Assembly: GCF_009914755.1 (NCBI RefSeq)
Contig: NC_060937.1
Length of the DNA stretch: 64,000 nt
Source of the DNA: the human T2T-CHM13v2.0 reference genome, Homo sapiens
Reading direction: 5' to 3' (one strand)
The notes beneath the pieces are model-generated. The model worked only from the letters and a program-made list of their open reading frames with translations. It had not been told where the DNA came from and ran no database searches. Shown piece after piece: positions 60,581-64,000 of this stretch (positions are counted from its first letter, which is position 1; the number at the start of each line of letters is the position of its first letter). Position numbers and translations under genes: made by a program.

Positions 60581-61379
60581 ACCTTATGCAGTCATCTACA
60601 TGAATGTCTGCCTTGAATTCACAGTGGGTCTGCCAGATCCTATGTGCTCCCAGCACAGGTTATAACTGGGAAGTGAAGTCACAAAATCAGCCTCAAAGAA
60701 GTGCAGGCCAAGTCCACCTGGCAGCCTTCAGGGAGAATTCATGAGCTAGAAATTACCCAAGGACAGCTCTGGAGAAAGATGTAAAGGCCTTGTTGGTTTT
60801 TTTTCCTGACACAGAATGCTTGAAGCCTGTTTATTTCTCTGATCTGTTCCTGTCTGTCTTTGCCACCACCCCCTCTCAGGCATAGTTCTTTTCACAATTG
60901 TCCACATCCCTTCCACCCCAACAAATCTCTTCTTCCAGAATAATTTTATGTTAACACCTTTAGTCATTGCTTTGAACTTCATTTCAACATTGGCTGTACC
61001 CTATTTTCCACACTCTGCATTCCTAGTATTCGTTATTTCATCGGAATAAGCAATATAAGCAATTATGTGTATATAGCAAATAAGACTGGAGCCTTCTCTC
61101 AATAACCAAGCCCTTCCTCATCATACACTGAAGTGTGGTGATGGTGAAATTTAGAGAAAGACATTTGAAGGTCAGCATAGTATTATTGACGAAGATTAAA
61201 CCCCAGACATTAGGCCAACTTTTATCTTGAGGAGTGGTCCTTGTGCATTTTGTACATATTTTCTGATATTCACCCACATTATTTATCCTGGAATGACCCA
61301 TCTGCTGAAATAAAGGTCTTTGAGAGGAGGGCATCTCTTCAACTCCTGCCAAGGGTCAACAAGTAGGAACATAAGGGCT

Positions 61380-61830
61380 TTATACTAAGGTAGACCTGAA
61401 TTTGAGGAAACTGGGTTCATCACCAATTGGCTCTGTGACAAAGAGCAAATTACTTAACTTTTTTGAGTCTCAGTTTCCTCATCTGAAGAATGGGATTATT
61501 ATAGCTGTCTTAGAGGACTGTGTTAAGGACACAGGTTTTGAAGTTAGATCAAAGTCTGACTCTTACTCTGCCATTGATTAGTTGCATAGTACTAGGCAAG
61601 TTAACTTCTCTAGCCTTGTTTCTGCCTAGTAAAATGAAACATAATAATACTTATTTTATAGGATTGTCAGTAGGATTCAAATAAGTAATATATTTAAAGC
61701 TCTTAGTCTAGAATATGGCACAAAGCAAGCACTTAACAAATGATAGCTATTCTTAGAACTAATGAGATGGCATACATCAAGTTTCCAGCATAATAACTGC
61801 CCACAGTTGAGTTTCAATAAATGTTAATTC
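61380..61830 (+). mobile_element. Nested or tandem MIR elements
   Basis: 'gagtctcagtttcctcatctgaagaatggg' plus a second core 'ggcaagttaacttctctagcc...gtaaaatg'. Confidence 0.7.
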
Positions 61831-62894
61831 CTTTTCTTCCCTCCCAGGAAGAAGCAGCAGAATAAATTGGATACTTAATGATTGTCTACCCCTTCAAGCT
61901 AATGTGCATAAGATTAACACTTCTCCATTTCCCACTACTTTGCATCTGGGGACACTTCTTACAAGGATTCATATGCCATGAGGACTGGCATTATGTTGAG
62001 GTGGAATAAAGAGCTGGTTACATCCTATAATTTCAGAAGCACTGCAAGCTTTATTTGCCACAAATGCCTATCCTCTAGCAGACTTCTTAGAGTTGGAATA
62101 GAGCTTTTTAAGAGAATTTCCTTTGGGTTACAACACTATATCCAGAAAATTTTTGTTAAAGTGCAGTTGTCTTACCTGAGTAGGATAACATATACCCTGT
62201 CATTCACACATCAGCATGGGTTAGTCCAGTAAAGACCATGCAGGACTAGAATATGGGAATGGTGAATTTTAAGAAAGAAGAACTATAAAATCTGGAGCTG
62301 TCTAGAGAAGCAGTAATAGGCTTAAGCAGACAGGAGTTTCCTAAATGGGCCCAGGGTGGACTTGGTCTACTTCCACAATTTGCCTTGGGAGCTCCTCTGT
62401 AAGAAGGAGCAGAGATTGAGAAGACCCAGAGAACCTCTCTCTGGAGGCCTCTAAGGACTCTGTGGATGGTGGAGTTCAGTAACATGGACACTGCTCACTA
62501 ATCCTAAGGCAGTAGCAGATTATGATGATAGGTTCTGATGTGGCTCTGTCATGTCTTATCAAATGCAAATTGGAGAGTGCCTAGCTTTGGTGGATGTTTC
62601 TGTGAAATGGGTCACAGAAAGAATAAAGAACATGACAGAAATACCAAGTATAGCTAGATCAGGTCAAGTACTCACAGAACTAATAACTCACAGAGACTGG
62701 AGTTCACATGTGGGGACTCAGAAAACAAAGATAATGATGTAACTCCAATGTCACACATAGAAGTGGGTGGAAAGTCAGGATGTCTGAGGATAGGTTGATA
62801 GCAAATAAGAAATGGAAATACAGAGGTTTTTTTTAAGCTTTAAGAAACAGGGTTTGAGGAACAGCAAGCTATGCAGAAAGAGCTCCTTTTGTAT

Positions 62895-63592
62895 TTAAAC
62901 TCTGATGTTGAGCTTAAAGACTGGTCTTTTGAATTAATCCAGTTGGACAAAAATAAAGGAAAAAGAATTTAAGGAAATGGACAAAGTCTTCAAGAAATAT
63001 GGGATTATGTAAAGCAACCAAATCTATGAATTATTACTGATATTGCCAAGAGAGAAGGAGAAAAAATAAACAACCTGGAAAACATATTTGAGGGAATAAT
63101 TCAATAAAATTTTCTTAATCTCGATAGAAAGGTAGACATCCAAATATGAAAAATCCAGAGAACACCTGTGAGATATTATACAAAATGAGTATCACCAAGG
63201 CATATGGTCACCAGAATGTCCAATAAAGAAAAAATAGTAAAAGCAGCTACAGAAAAAGGTCATATCTCATACAAAGGGAACCCCATCAGTCTAACAGTAG
63301 TCTTCTCTGCAGAAACCTTACAAGCCAGGAGAGATTGAAAACTTATTTTAAACATTCTTTATGGAAAGAAATTCCATCCAGAATTTTCATACCCTGCCAA
63401 ACTAAGCTTCATAAACAAAGGGGAAATAAAATATTTTGCAGACGAGCAAGCACTAAGGGAATTTGTTACCACTAGACCAGGCTTATAAGAGATCCTTAAT
63501 GGCTGGTCTGAGTACACTGGTGTTTACAACTAATTGATCACAAGAGACCCTTAAGAGAGTTCTAAACATAGAAATGAAAGAATGATACCTGC
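62895..63592 (+). mobile_element. Degenerate L1PB/L1MA ORF1 fragment
   Basis: 'tcttcaagaaatatgggattatgtaaagcaacc' (QEIWDYVK), 'gcagaaaccttacaagccag' (AETLQAR), 'ccctgccaaactaagcttcata' (PAKLSF). Confidence 0.88.
63501..63543 (+). pseudogene. RNY3P: 3'-truncated (tailless) Y3 RNA retropseudogene, nt 1-43 of hY3
   Basis: 40/43 match to the recalled hY3 5' end GGCTGGTCCGAGTGCAGTGGTGTTTACAACTAATTGATCACAA. TSD 'aagaga(t/c)ccttaa' at 63487-63499 and 63542-63554. No poly(A). Confidence 0.92.
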
Positions 63593-64000
63593 TGATATGG
63601 TTTGGCTTTGTGTCCCCACCCAAATATCATCTTGAATTGTAATCCCCACATATCAAGGGAGAGACCTGGTGGGACGTGATCATAAGGGTTATTTCTCCCA
63701 TGCTGTTTCTGTGATAGTGAGCAAGTTCTCACAAGATCTGATGGTTTTATAAGAAGCTCTTCCCTCTTCACTCCCCCCTCTCTCGTCTGCTGCCATGTAA
63801 GTGTGTCTCTTCCCCTTCTAGCATTATTGTAAGTTTCCTGAGGTCTCCCCAGCCATGTGGAACTGTGAGTCAATTAAACCTCTTTTCTTTATAAATTACT
63901 AAGTCTTGGGTAGTATCTTTATAGCAGTGTGAGAATGGACAATATAGTTAATTGCTACTGGTAGAGTAGGTTACTGGTATAAAGATACCTGAAAATGTGG
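63593..64000 (+). mobile_element. THE1D/MSTA 5' LTR (63593-63946) and start of MaLR internal sequence, running off the window
   Basis: 'tgatatggtttggctttgtgtccccacccaaa...tgtaagtttcctgagg...caattaaacctcttttctttataaatta' then the int-start-like 'gtagagt...taaagatacctgaaaatgtgg'. Confidence 0.88.

Overview
Repeat-rich primate genomic DNA, almost certainly human (it carries an AluYg6, a human-specific subfamily). It looks intronic or intergenic: I found no host protein-coding exon, RNA gene, CRISPR array or prokaryotic feature. The main element is a full-length 6,038-bp L1PA2-type LINE-1 (42755-48792, +) with an 11-bp TSD and open ORF0, ORF1 (338 aa) and ORF2 (1275 aa). It carries probable loss-of-function substitutions (ORF1p T203M and C111W, ORF2p G472E). 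A second, 5'-truncated L1PA2 (2679-4497, -) sits inside an MST LTR and begins exactly at an in-frame ATG, leaving a 522-codon ORF. The rest is about 15 Alu/7SL-derived SINEs, about 12 ERVL/MaLR LTRs, old L1M/L2/MIR fragments, DNA-transposon MITEs and microsatellites. The less obvious signals are: a 26-bp perfect pre-miRNA-like hairpin (17702-17778), a tailless Y3 RNA retropseudogene with TSD (63501-63543), a scrambled templated-insertion repeat (35609-35729), an AT-only quasi-palindromic expansion in an Alu linker, and a probable Alu insertion-mediated deletion. I see no evidence of a wholly new multi-gene system. Subfamily calls rest on recalled consensus sequences, and old-repeat boundaries are approximate.
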